NCBI GenBank assembly: GCA_963696385.1
Contig: CAVOKF010000004.1
Span: 448,001 to 512,000 of the forward strand
From: an uncultured delta proteobacterium
Lineage (GTDB): Bacteria; Myxococcota_A; Polyangia; Polyangiales; Polyangiaceae
Length of the DNA stretch: 64,000 nucleotides
Direction of reading: 5' to 3'
Positions 50,989 through 59,578 of the stretch are shown here, one piece after another. Within the stretch, counting starts at the first letter, position 1. Each line of letters starts with the position of its first letter. Under the pieces are notes generated by a model, which saw only the letters and a list, made by a program, of their open reading frames with translations, searched no databases and was not told the origin of the DNA. Both the position numbers and the translations under genes were made by a program.

Positions 50989-51044
50989 CGAGCCTCGGCC
51001 GAGGCCGGGCACCGGGTCCCGTCACGCTTCGGAGGGCGGCGACT

Positions 51045-51156
51045 TCGATCCACATTGTCGGGCGCGACGAATGGAAGCGTGCCGAGACCGCCGGGACGTA
51101 CGCTTCCGCGGGCCTCGCGACCGAGCGATTCATCCACTTCAGCAAGGACCGCCAGA
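51045..51156 (+). pseudogene. Degenerate copy of the 5' end of the DUF952 gene
   Basis: Aligns by eye with 46704-46817 (cacat..gcgacgaatgg..accgccgggacgta..ggcctcgcga..gattcat.cacttcagc). Confidence 0.7.
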
Positions 51157-51278
51157 GGCGGGCTTCGCGGCGAACTTCCGCTTCTCCTTCGTGAACGGAT
51201 TGACCAAGAACAAGCGTCTGTCGGGGCCCGCGAGCTTACTCCGTGGCGGCAACCCGCCGCGTCGCACGCAATTCACCA

Positions 51279-51304
51279 TTGACAACCAATAAGTAGTGCC
51301 TTAT
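51279..51304 (+). promoter_or_regulatory. -35 TTGACA with an ATAAG-N6-CTTAT palindrome (probable ArsR autorepression operator)
   Basis: TTGACA at 51279; ATAAG-TAGTGC-CTTAT at 51289-51304, just upstream of the arsR ATG. Confidence 0.6.
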
Positions 51305-51307
51305 GTG

Positions 51308-51628
51308 ATGAGCGTGCAGGAGGCCCTTGTTTTCCGCGCTCTGGCCGACCCAAGCCGCCGAGCCATCTTTGAACGTCTGACTCACGGCGAGGCAGCGGTG
51401 AAGGACATCACCAAGCGCCTCGACATTTCCCAGCCCGCCGTGTCGCAGCACTTGGCTGCTCTCCGCAACGCTGGCCTGGTGACCGAGAGGCGTGACGGGC
51501 GGCTCGTCTACTACAGGGTCGAGCCCAAAGGGCTGCGACCTCTCGTCAACTGGATCGCCCAGTACCAAGCCTTCTGGCGGGACCGCCTCCACCAATTGCA
51601 AGACTTGCTCAAGGAACTGGATGAATGA
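51308..51628 (+). CDS. ArsR/SmtB family transcriptional regulator
   Basis: FRALADPSRR.I, ISQPAVSQHL..LR.AGLV. Confidence 0.9.
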   Translation: MSVQEALVFRALADPSRRAIFERLTHGEAAVKDITKRLDISQPAVSQHLAALRNAGLVTERRDGRLVYYRVEPKGLRPLVNWIAQYQAFWRDRLHQLQDLLKELDE

Positions 51629-52065
51629 ACGCCCAAGCCGAGACCCAATCGATCTCTGTGACGTACGACCTGCCGCAGTCCCCTCCAAAGGTCTGGCGTG
51701 CCCTCACTGAGTCAAGCCTCCTCGCGTCCTGGCTGATGCCCAACGACATTCGCCCTGTTTTGGGTCACGTCTTCACCTTCACCGCCCAACCGATGCCCGG
51801 TTGGGATGGCATCGTTCATTGCAAGGTGTTGGAGGTCGAGCCGGAGAAACGGCTGCGCTACTCCTGGTGCGGTGGGCCTGCGTCATCTCGGCTTGAAACC
51901 GTCGTGGCCTGGACCCTTGTTTCTACCGCTTCCGGCGGAACTCTGCTCGCCTTGGAGCACTCCGGATTCTTGCCCTCGAATGAATTCGCATTGGACGGGA
52001 TGGGCAGGGGATGGCAGGGCAGGATTGCTGACCGTTTGCGTGACGCGCTGTCCCGCTCCACCTGA
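51625..52065 (+). CDS. SRPBCC/AHSA1 domain protein
   Basis: KVWRALT, WLMPND, RLRYSW, LEHSGF; overlaps the arsR stop. Confidence 0.88.
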   Translation: MNAQAETQSISVTYDLPQSPPKVWRALTESSLLASWLMPNDIRPVLGHVFTFTAQPMPGWDGIVHCKVLEVEPEKRLRYSWCGGPASSRLETVVAWTLVSTASGGTLLALEHSGFLPSNEFALDGMGRGWQGRIADRLRDALSRST

Positions 52066-52161
52066 TCCGGTGCGTAAGAACAAACCATGGCTCCGCCGGT
52101 CCTGAGCGACCTCGTTGTCACTTCATCTGCGCTTCGCCCAGGGAGCCAGACGGAGGGCCTG

Positions 52162-52917
52162 ATGGAGACTCGCCAGCGGACGATCGCGGTGAATGGTGCG
52201 GACCTTTACGTCGAGGAGCGTGGCAACGGCGAGCCGCTCCTGCTGCTGCACGGCATGATCGGCACGAGCGGCGACTGGCGGCACGTGTTCGACCTCGACG
52301 AGCTGGCACGACGGTTCCGCGTGGTCACGCCAGATGCAAGGGGCCACGGGCGCTCGACCAACCCAGGTGGCGAGTTTGCCATCGCGCGCTGCGGCCGGGA
52401 TGTCCTGGCGATCCTGGACGCCCTCGGGATCGATCAGACACGGGCCATCGGCGTGAGCCTCGGCGCGAAGACCCTTCTGCATATCGCCACGAAGGCACCG
52501 AACCGCGTCGCCGCCATGATCTTGGTGTCCGCGACGCCTCGCTTCCCGGAGGCGACGAGAGCCCTATTTCGAGCCGCCGCTCAGCAGCAGCACTCACCCG
52601 AGGAATGGGCGAGGATGCGCGCCCTTCACGTTCACGGTGACGAACAGATCGCGCGGCTCTGGGGCCTCCCCGCGAACTTCGCCGGCGACACGGCCGACAT
52701 GAACTTCACGCCCGAACAGCTCGGGGTCATCACGGCAAGGACGCTGATCGTCACCGGCGACCGCGACCCGTTCTACCCGGTCGAGCTGGCGGTCGAGTTG
52801 TACCGTGGCGTCCCGAGCGCGTCGCTCTGGGTCGTGCCCGACGCCCTGCACGGCCCAATCTTCCTGGCGCAACGAGAAGCGTTCGCTGAGGAAGCGAAGC
52901 GATTCTTCGGCCGGTGA
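52162..52917 (+). CDS. Alpha/beta hydrolase
   Basis: LLLHG, DARGHGRS, GVSLG, GDRD, H. Confidence 0.88.
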   Translation: METRQRTIAVNGADLYVEERGNGEPLLLLHGMIGTSGDWRHVFDLDELARRFRVVTPDARGHGRSTNPGGEFAIARCGRDVLAILDALGIDQTRAIGVSLGAKTLLHIATKAPNRVAAMILVSATPRFPEATRALFRAAAQQQHSPEEWARMRALHVHGDEQIARLWGLPANFAGDTADMNFTPEQLGVITARTLIVTGDRDPFYPVELAVELYRGVPSASLWVVPDALHGPIFLAQREAFAEEAKRFFGR

Positions 52918-52970
52918 CCGACGACGAGGTGGCACGACGCCGGCACCGTAAGGGACCTGTGCGGTCGTGG

Positions 52971-54215
52971 TCACGGACCGTCGGCATCGGTCCGCAGGTC
53001 GCCCTGCGTCATGCAGGATGTGTCGGCGCTCGGAGAGAGGATGCCGCTCACCGTGGCCGTGCCGCCCGCCGAGTTCAGTCGAATGCGTCCAGTACCCCCG
53101 CCTCCGCCGCCGGAGTTCGTCATCGCAACGCTCTGACCGGGCGACCCGTTGATCGTGCTCGCGGCGCCCCCGTTGCCGCCCGCGGCTCCGCTACCGCTGG
53201 CGGTTCCTCCGGCTGCGGGCGTCGCGTCGGCCGTGGCGTCCGCGCCCCCGTTGCCGGAGTAGTCGCCGCCTCCTCCTCCGCCGTTCGCCGCGAGGGTGCC
53301 GGCGACCGTCACGGCGGTTGCCTCGAGGAGGATGGCCCCTCCACTTCCCCCGCCCCCCGCGTTCTGATCGGAAGCGAGCCCGCTAATGGGCCCCCCCTGG
53401 CCGCCGACCGTGATGGATCCGCCGCTGTTTAGCGTGAGCGTGTCGGCTGCCGTGATTTGAATCGCGCCACCGCCCGCGCCGCTGCCCACCGTTCCGCCTC
53501 CACCAGCCGAACCACCGACGAGCGGACGAACGGCTGCGTTGCCGTATGCCAATCCAACAGCGGTCTGCCCCCCGCCGAGGCCGCCGAGGCCACAGTAGGA
53601 ACCTCCCGAGCCGCCGACGTCGGCCGACCCCGAACCGGCAGCGCCTCCGCCACCCCCCATACCGTTCGCGTTAGACGCCGCCGGGCCGGCACCACCCGGG
53701 CCGACGCTGAGACCGGCCGAGCTCGCTACGATGGCTCCAAACAGAGTCGCGTCCGAAAGCGAGACCAAGACGAGCGGGACACCCCCCGTTACCGTGATCA
53801 CGCCCGTAGACTGAACCGCCAGCGATTGGACCACGACAAGATTCACGGTGCTTCCATCCGGTTGGGTCACGGCCTCGATCGGACTCGAAAAACAGTCCTG
53901 CGCCGGCGACGCTGCATCCGTCTGGATGGAGCAGGCGCCCGATTCGTTTTCGGCCTGCGCCTGCGCCGTGACCGCGGCAATCTCCGCGAGGCTCACGTTC
54001 GAGGGTTGAAAGGAAAGCGTGGCCCCGGCTCCGCTGCTTCCGGCGTCCGGCGTCCCCCCGCTTGGAGTCGTGGACCCACACGCGGCCACAAGAGCGAGCC
54101 CACCTGGAACGAGCCACCGAGCAGGGCTCGCGTCCGAGCGACGGGCTCTCGCCCCCGTGCCGAAATCCTCGTCGATCGTAGCTTCGATGTGCGTCGTATT
54201 CACCTTCATGCGCAT
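52971..54215 (-). CDS. Glycine-rich lipoprotein
   Basis: LVAAC lipobox; GGGGSGGAILLEA, ANGGGGG, GGGGTGRIRLN. Confidence 0.7.
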   Translation of the reverse strand: MRMKVNTTHIEATIDEDFGTGARARRSDASPARWLVPGGLALVAACGSTTPSGGTPDAGSSGAGATLSFQPSNVSLAEIAAVTAQAQAENESGACSIQTDAASPAQDCFSSPIEAVTQPDGSTVNLVVVQSLAVQSTGVITVTGGVPLVLVSLSDATLFGAIVASSAGLSVGPGGAGPAASNANGMGGGGGAAGSGSADVGGSGGSYCGLGGLGGGQTAVGLAYGNAAVRPLVGGSAGGGGTVGSGAGGGAIQITAADTLTLNSGGSITVGGQGGPISGLASDQNAGGGGSGGAILLEATAVTVAGTLAANGGGGGGDYSGNGGADATADATPAAGGTASGSGAAGGNGGAASTINGSPGQSVAMTNSGGGGGGTGRIRLNSAGGTATVSGILSPSADTSCMTQGDLRTDADGP

Positions 54216-54704
54216 TTTCCCTTCCAGGGCTCCTGCTTCGAGGCCGTCGCCATCGTACGGCCCACCGCATCATCCCCGTTACGTGAGCCAATCCCGGATA
54301 AGCGCCCCAAATGCCCCCATCCACGCATCGATGGCCAGATCCCACGACATCGAGGTCGAGGTCGCGAGTCGTTGACTACCCGTCGCCATCGAGAGACGCG
54401 GCGGACGCGGGTCTATGAAAGGTCTTGGAGGCGGGACGCTCGGTCTTCGCGCGCATCGTGACTCGTGCGCGATGAGGATACGAACATCGCCTCCCGTCGA
54501 ATCAGGGTATCGTCATGAACCCCGAGCGCCGAGCGCCTGCGCGGGCTCCGACCCCAAAGGCGAGTGGGTGGGTCGACATGCTCGTCGACGGATTCGCGCC
54601 GTAGCTTCCGACGCCCGCGACCTCAAGGTCGACCGGGCCGAGCGCCGAAGCCTCTCGCGCCATAAGGACGAACGTGCCGCACAGGACCTGTGCCCTCGGT
54701 CATC

Positions 54705-56174
54705 TCAGCGGCGCGGCCGCGGTGCTCGGGGATGCCATGTCGCGAGGTCGATCACGCGCCGCCCGAGAACGGAGCCGCAGCCCATGTCCGTCGCGAAGCC
54801 CACCTGTCCGTTCTGTCGGTCGATGATCGTGACGAAAGAGGACAGAAACGCGTCACCAAGAATCGCTCCACCCTGCATCGTCCCGCCGTCGCCCACCGCC
54901 AAGCAGAACTGCCCTTGGCCGGCGTCAATGAGATACGACTGCGTCGGACTGACGGTAAGCGTAAGGTCCTGTGCCCCTGCCACGCTACTCGGTAAGTTCA
55001 AAGCCATAGTGGGAAGCGCGGCGTCCACGGCCGCCGCCGTGGCCCCGTTGGACTGCGCGCAGCCGTTTGCTTTTAGGGGCGTCCGCCCGAACAGCGAAGT
55101 GTACCCGCTCGACGTGTTGATGGCCTCAAGGATGGCGCTGAAGGCCTTTGTGGGGAGGTAGAAAAGGCTCGTACCCGTGTCCACGATCGGGCTCTCGAAG
55201 TCTGCCGCTTGCAGCCCGAGGCTCGTCCCCCCCATCAGCACGTCGTCCACGTTGATGGCATAATACGGAGTCGTCTTCCCCAGCGGGATAAGCGGGGTGT
55301 ACTGCACTGGCGACGCGGCTGCCGACGGGTCGAAGCCGCCGAGCCACAGTGTCCCACGGGATGCACAGAGCTCGAACGCCAATACGGGCGAGACTCCAGC
55401 CGAAGTCTCCTGGGCGAAGTAGGTGTCCGTCCCTTTCAATTCTAGCAGAGTGGATCCGAGGCCAAGAATTCCTTGAAATTTCGCAGAATTGAAAAATTGG
55501 CGATCGGACTGAATCGACATGAGCTCGAGCTGCACGCTCGGCGAGCCGTATCCCAGGCTCACGGTATCCTGGAAGATCTCCCCCGCCACCGAACTGCCAT
55601 CCCCGTAGGCAGAGGAGGCCGTCCTGTGCAGATCGGTCGCCGTAGACGATGGCTGGTAGAGAGGAGAGACGCCGGCCGCAGTGCAGTTCGTACAGCCCTG
55701 GCCGGCGACGGCGGAAGTGGCCGAGCCGGTGTCGATATCCATCGCGAACGTCTGATCTCCGACGGTCACTTGGGCCGTGTAGTAGGTCCCGTCCGGCGTC
55801 GATAGAGGGATCGCGGCGAGAGAAACGCTGGCTTCCATCGGCGCGTCCAGCACGCCTGTTTCGAACCCCGGCGCCGCGGTATCCCCGGGGGCGTCTTCGC
55901 CTCCCTCGGGAGCGCTCCCGTCCACCCTTGCCCCGAACTCGCTCGGTGATGTGCCGCCGTCATGGCTCCCAGCGCTGTTGCTAGGACTGGCGCTGCCGCG
56001 ACCGGCCGTGTAGGTGGTGCCCACCGAGGCCGAGCTACTCGCGCCCCCACCGCTGCCTCCTGCCAAGTCCGCATCGTTTCCGGAGCACGCCGCGAAAATC
56101 ACCGTCAGGGTGGCCAGTGACCAAATCGATGTCGCCTGGGCCGTTCCCGCGTGGCAAACCTTCGAGGTCGTCAT
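54705..56174 (-). CDS. Pepsin-like (A1) bilobed aspartic protease lipoprotein
   Basis: FAAC lipobox; DIDTGS and IVDTGT; flap YGDGS; GILGLG; ILGDAFL. Confidence 0.9.
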   Translation of the reverse strand: MTTSKVCHAGTAQATSIWSLATLTVIFAACSGNDADLAGGSGGGASSSASVGTTYTAGRGSASPSNSAGSHDGGTSPSEFGARVDGSAPEGGEDAPGDTAAPGFETGVLDAPMEASVSLAAIPLSTPDGTYYTAQVTVGDQTFAMDIDTGSATSAVAGQGCTNCTAAGVSPLYQPSSTATDLHRTASSAYGDGSSVAGEIFQDTVSLGYGSPSVQLELMSIQSDRQFFNSAKFQGILGLGSTLLELKGTDTYFAQETSAGVSPVLAFELCASRGTLWLGGFDPSAAASPVQYTPLIPLGKTTPYYAINVDDVLMGGTSLGLQAADFESPIVDTGTSLFYLPTKAFSAILEAINTSSGYTSLFGRTPLKANGCAQSNGATAAAVDAALPTMALNLPSSVAGAQDLTLTVSPTQSYLIDAGQGQFCLAVGDGGTMQGGAILGDAFLSSFVTIIDRQNGQVGFATDMGCGSVLGRRVIDLATWHPRAPRPRR

Positions 56175-56655
56175 GTGTCCTTTCGGGGAGTGCGGCCCGA
56201 GCGAGTTCGAACGGGTGGACGTAACGGCTATCTACCAGTGGCATACGGTGTGCGGTCTGTCGATCCATTCGCAGGTGAATCGCGGGTGAATTCGCCTTTT
56301 CTGTTGACGTGGCACAATTATGCCACCCGCACGGTTCCGGCGGTGCGGCGAAGAGAAAAGCGTCCTCGGGGCGGAATGGTGGCGACCCTGCTGTTACCCA
56401 GTCGCCAGTAGGCCTTGGTGAGTGGCCTATCCCGCGGGTGTGCATTGTGGCGTTGATGAGTCTGCGCTCTCACCTACCGGCCGCCGCCCACGTCGGACCG
56501 TATCCCGAGGAGCAAGCCTACGCGCTTTCGTTGTGGAGCCCTTGGGTGACCTCTCGCGGCTCCTCTCGCGGCTCACGCCACCGTGGTCCGCGACCAGCGG
56601 TCGTGTTATTGCCCGCCATGCGAAAGCGTCGCGCGCCTTGAAGACAGTCTCCTTG

Positions 56656-57324
56656 ATGGACGACGTGCCCTTCGACGTCACGCGGCTCGACGCCGCCGAG
56701 CCGTCGCGCGTCGTCCTTTTCGCTGTCGGCGCTGGTGGAAATCCCAACAGGCACCTGCCGCTCTTCCGGACACTCGCCGACGGCGGATGCACCGTCGTCG
56801 CACCCCATTTTGAGCGCCTCATCTCTCCAATCCCGACTGAGACTCACTTGCTCCTACGCGCGCGACGGCTGCGCCGCGCCCTCGATTCCGTCGTGCTCCC
56901 CGGGCTGCCGGTCGCGGGCGTCGGGCACTCGATAGGCGCGACGATCCTCCTCGCACTCGCCGGCGCTGCGGGATGGACGCTCGCCGGGGAGCGCCTGGCG
57001 ATCGCGCATGACCCTCGTCTCGCGCGCCTCGCGCTTTTCGCGCCGGCGACAGACTTCTTCCGAACGCCCGGCGCGCTCGACGAAGTACGCGCGACGATCT
57101 TCGCGTGGGCCGGAACGAACGATAGCATCACGCCTCCCACGCAGGTGGGGCTCTTGAAACAAGCGAGCGGCGCACGCGTCGAGGTGCGGATCATAGAGGG
57201 CGCCGGCCACTTCTCGTTCATGAACACCCCGCCGCCACAGACGTCTGATCCGCTCGCCGACCGCGACGCGTTTCTCACGAGCCTCGCGGCGGACGTTTGC
57301 CACTTCGTGACGGCCGAACCATAA
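56656..57324 (+). CDS. Alpha/beta hydrolase
   Basis: GHSIG, D, GAGHFSF. Confidence 0.75.
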   Translation: MDDVPFDVTRLDAAEPSRVVLFAVGAGGNPNRHLPLFRTLADGGCTVVAPHFERLISPIPTETHLLLRARRLRRALDSVVLPGLPVAGVGHSIGATILLALAGAAGWTLAGERLAIAHDPRLARLALFAPATDFFRTPGALDEVRATIFAWAGTNDSITPPTQVGLLKQASGARVEVRIIEGAGHFSFMNTPPPQTSDPLADRDAFLTSLAADVCHFVTAEP

Positions 57325-57710
57325 ATCGAGCCCATGGTCCTGGCGGGGGAACGATGCCGGCCCGACCGCGTCCCGCTCTACCCGGGAGAGTTTTTAGCGG
57401 GCCACGCGGGCAATCCAATAAGCCGGAATCTTGAGGCAGAGGCGGCCACGCATGCCCCTCGTTCGTGCGCCACTCGGGCGTGACGATGGTCGCGATGCAC
57501 GCGAGCTCCGTCTGGCCGTAGGCCCGGTACATCGCGGCGCTGACGCACGAAGGCTCGCAACCGAAAAGCGGTGATCGAGCTTCACCGCATTCATAAGCCG
57601 GTGGGCCCGGGGCCTTATCGTGACGAGGACGAAACGACGACTCCCGATGCGAAGGCTCCGAGTGATTGACACCGGGGGGTGTGGGAGGCAAATAAAGGAG
57701 GCCCTGCCCG

Positions 57711-58442
57711 ATGACGCCGCCGATCCACGAGACCGCTCCGCCTTCCAAGCCCGTTTGCGCCGTCGTGGGGGTAGGCCCGGGCAACGGCGCCGCATTCGCA
57801 CGCCGCTTTGCGGAGGAAGGCTATGCCGTGGCGCTTCTCGCGCGCAGCGCCGCATTCGCGAGTGATCTGGCGGCCACCCTGCCGGACGCCCGATCCTACG
57901 GCTGCGACGTTTCCGACGCGATCTCGGTCGAGGCCGTGTTCGCCGCGATTCGGCGCGACATGGGCGAGGTCGACGTAGTCGTGTACAACGCCGGTAGTGG
58001 CGCGTGGGGTTCGGTCGAGGAAGTGAGCGCCGCCGACTTCGAGGCGAACTGGCGCGTCAATGCGCTCGGAACGCTGCTGGTCTGCCAGCAGGTAATTCCC
58101 GCGATGAAACGAGCCGCGCGCGGCACGATCGTGATCGTCGGGGCCACCGCCTCCCGCCGCGGCGGACCGCGGACCGCCGCTTTCGCGCCTGCCAAAGCCG
58201 CTCAGCGCAGCCTGGCGGAGTCGATGGCGCGGAGTCTCTGGCCTGCGGGAGTCCATGTTGCGGTCATCATCATCGACGGCGTCGTGGATCTGCCACGCGC
58301 GCGCGAGCGAATGCCCGACAAGCCCAATAGTTTTTTCGTGGAGCCCGATGACGTCGCCGACACGGCGTTTCGCCTCTCGCAACAGAGGCGTTCCGCGTGG
58401 TCGTTCGAGGTGGAGGCGCGCCCCTTCGGCGAGTCCTGGTAA
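57711..58442 (+). CDS. Short-chain dehydrogenase/reductase
   Basis: VGVGPGNG, YNAG, GATASRRG, AK.AQRSLAESMAR. Confidence 0.88.
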   Translation: MTPPIHETAPPSKPVCAVVGVGPGNGAAFARRFAEEGYAVALLARSAAFASDLAATLPDARSYGCDVSDAISVEAVFAAIRRDMGEVDVVVYNAGSGAWGSVEEVSAADFEANWRVNALGTLLVCQQVIPAMKRAARGTIVIVGATASRRGGPRTAAFAPAKAAQRSLAESMARSLWPAGVHVAVIIIDGVVDLPRARERMPDKPNSFFVEPDDVADTAFRLSQQRRSAWSFEVEARPFGESW

Positions 58443-58493
58443 ATTCGTCGAGCCCGACGAGGTCGCCGACACGGCGTTTCGCCTGCCTCAGCA
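58335..58493. repeat. ~50-bp imperfect direct repeat of the SDR 3' region placed just after its stop codon
   Basis: 58335-58383 versus 58444-58492 (ttcgt.gagcccga.ga.gtcgccgacacggcgtttcgcct). Confidence 0.8.
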
Positions 58494-58928
58494 CGGACGA
58501 GGGCGGTCCGGCCGTCCGGTACGAGCCGCCGTTTGTCGCGGATCATCATCGAACGCTGCGAGCGACCAGGCGATTTCGAGTGCCTCGTGACGTCGGCATG
58601 CACATCCTCGTTCACTTCTTCGGCTCCCGAGAGCGAAGAAAAAACATGGCCGCTACAACGACCAGGACGACGAGGATAATCGGTTTCACGCCTCAGGCCC
58701 CATGCTGGCGATTCTACGCGGTCTGTGGCGGACGGGGAAGGGCGGCCGTTCATCTGTCGAGCGGACGATCCCTCGTGCAGCGGAGCGAAGAGCTTGCTCG
58801 GAAGGCCTCACTCGGTGCCCAGCCACGCTTCCGCCTCGGGCGGATCCGGGCGACTTGGCTCGCCGACCGCACCAAGCCGTCGGGGCGGGGGCCCATGGGC
58901 CAGGACGAGTCCGGCGCGCGGCGACGGG

Positions 58929-59351
58929 TTATCTCGGACGCCCTCGCGGATAGGAGGGCAGGGCCGGATCGAGGACGCCCCAAGGAACTGCGGAGTCCGT
59001 CCAGATTCGCAGGGTAGGCCGGACGGGGCTGGGGTCGTCCAAGCTGCCCGCCTTGACAAACACGTACTCGGGGTGCGCGGGCGACGACGTGAAGAGTGGC
59101 GAGCCGCACTCCGGACAAAACGAACGAGAGACGAGATTGCCGCTGTCGCCTCGCTTCGTGAACTGCTTCACGTCACCCCGTTCGATGTGGAATCGGTTGA
59201 CGTCGAGGCGGACGCCCACGTTGAACGCACTGCCGGTTACGCGGCGGCAGTCCGCGCAATGGCAATAGTTGGCCGGCCCGACCGGACCGTCGAAACGGTA
59301 TCGGACGGCGCCGCATAGGCAACCTCCAAGAACGGGAAATGCAGGGATCAT
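58929..59351 (-). CDS. GFA (CENP-V-like) family protein
   Basis: GGCLCGAVRY, CHCADCRR, FCPECGSPL. Confidence 0.9.
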   Translation of the reverse strand: MIPAFPVLGGCLCGAVRYRFDGPVGPANYCHCADCRRVTGSAFNVGVRLDVNRFHIERGDVKQFTKRGDSGNLVSRSFCPECGSPLFTSSPAHPEYVFVKAGSLDDPSPVRPTLRIWTDSAVPWGVLDPALPSYPRGRPR

Positions 59352-59578
59352 GCGTGTGTGCTTGCGGCCCGAGACTACCCGATTCGGCCCGGTCGGGGGG
59401 ATCCGGGATCCCCACGGATCCGGACGTGCGCAACAGCGGTTCTCGACGATTCCAAGTGCTGGCCTGCACGACTGCGTCGAGTCGGCGAGTACCTTGCTGA
59501 CGGTTGCGAGTCTCGCGCGCGGAGTCAGGGGCCCGCGGCTCTCGCAAATCTTGACGGACGGCTGTACACGCACCTGCC

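Noticed and set aside
46710..51156. DUF952 duplicate and SDR echo as diversity-generating retroelement TR/VR pairs
   Set aside because: Mismatches are not adenine-specific and no reverse transcriptase is present
56310..56323. Sigma-54 promoter TGGCAC...TGC
   Set aside because: GG-to-GC spacing is 9 nt rather than the required 10
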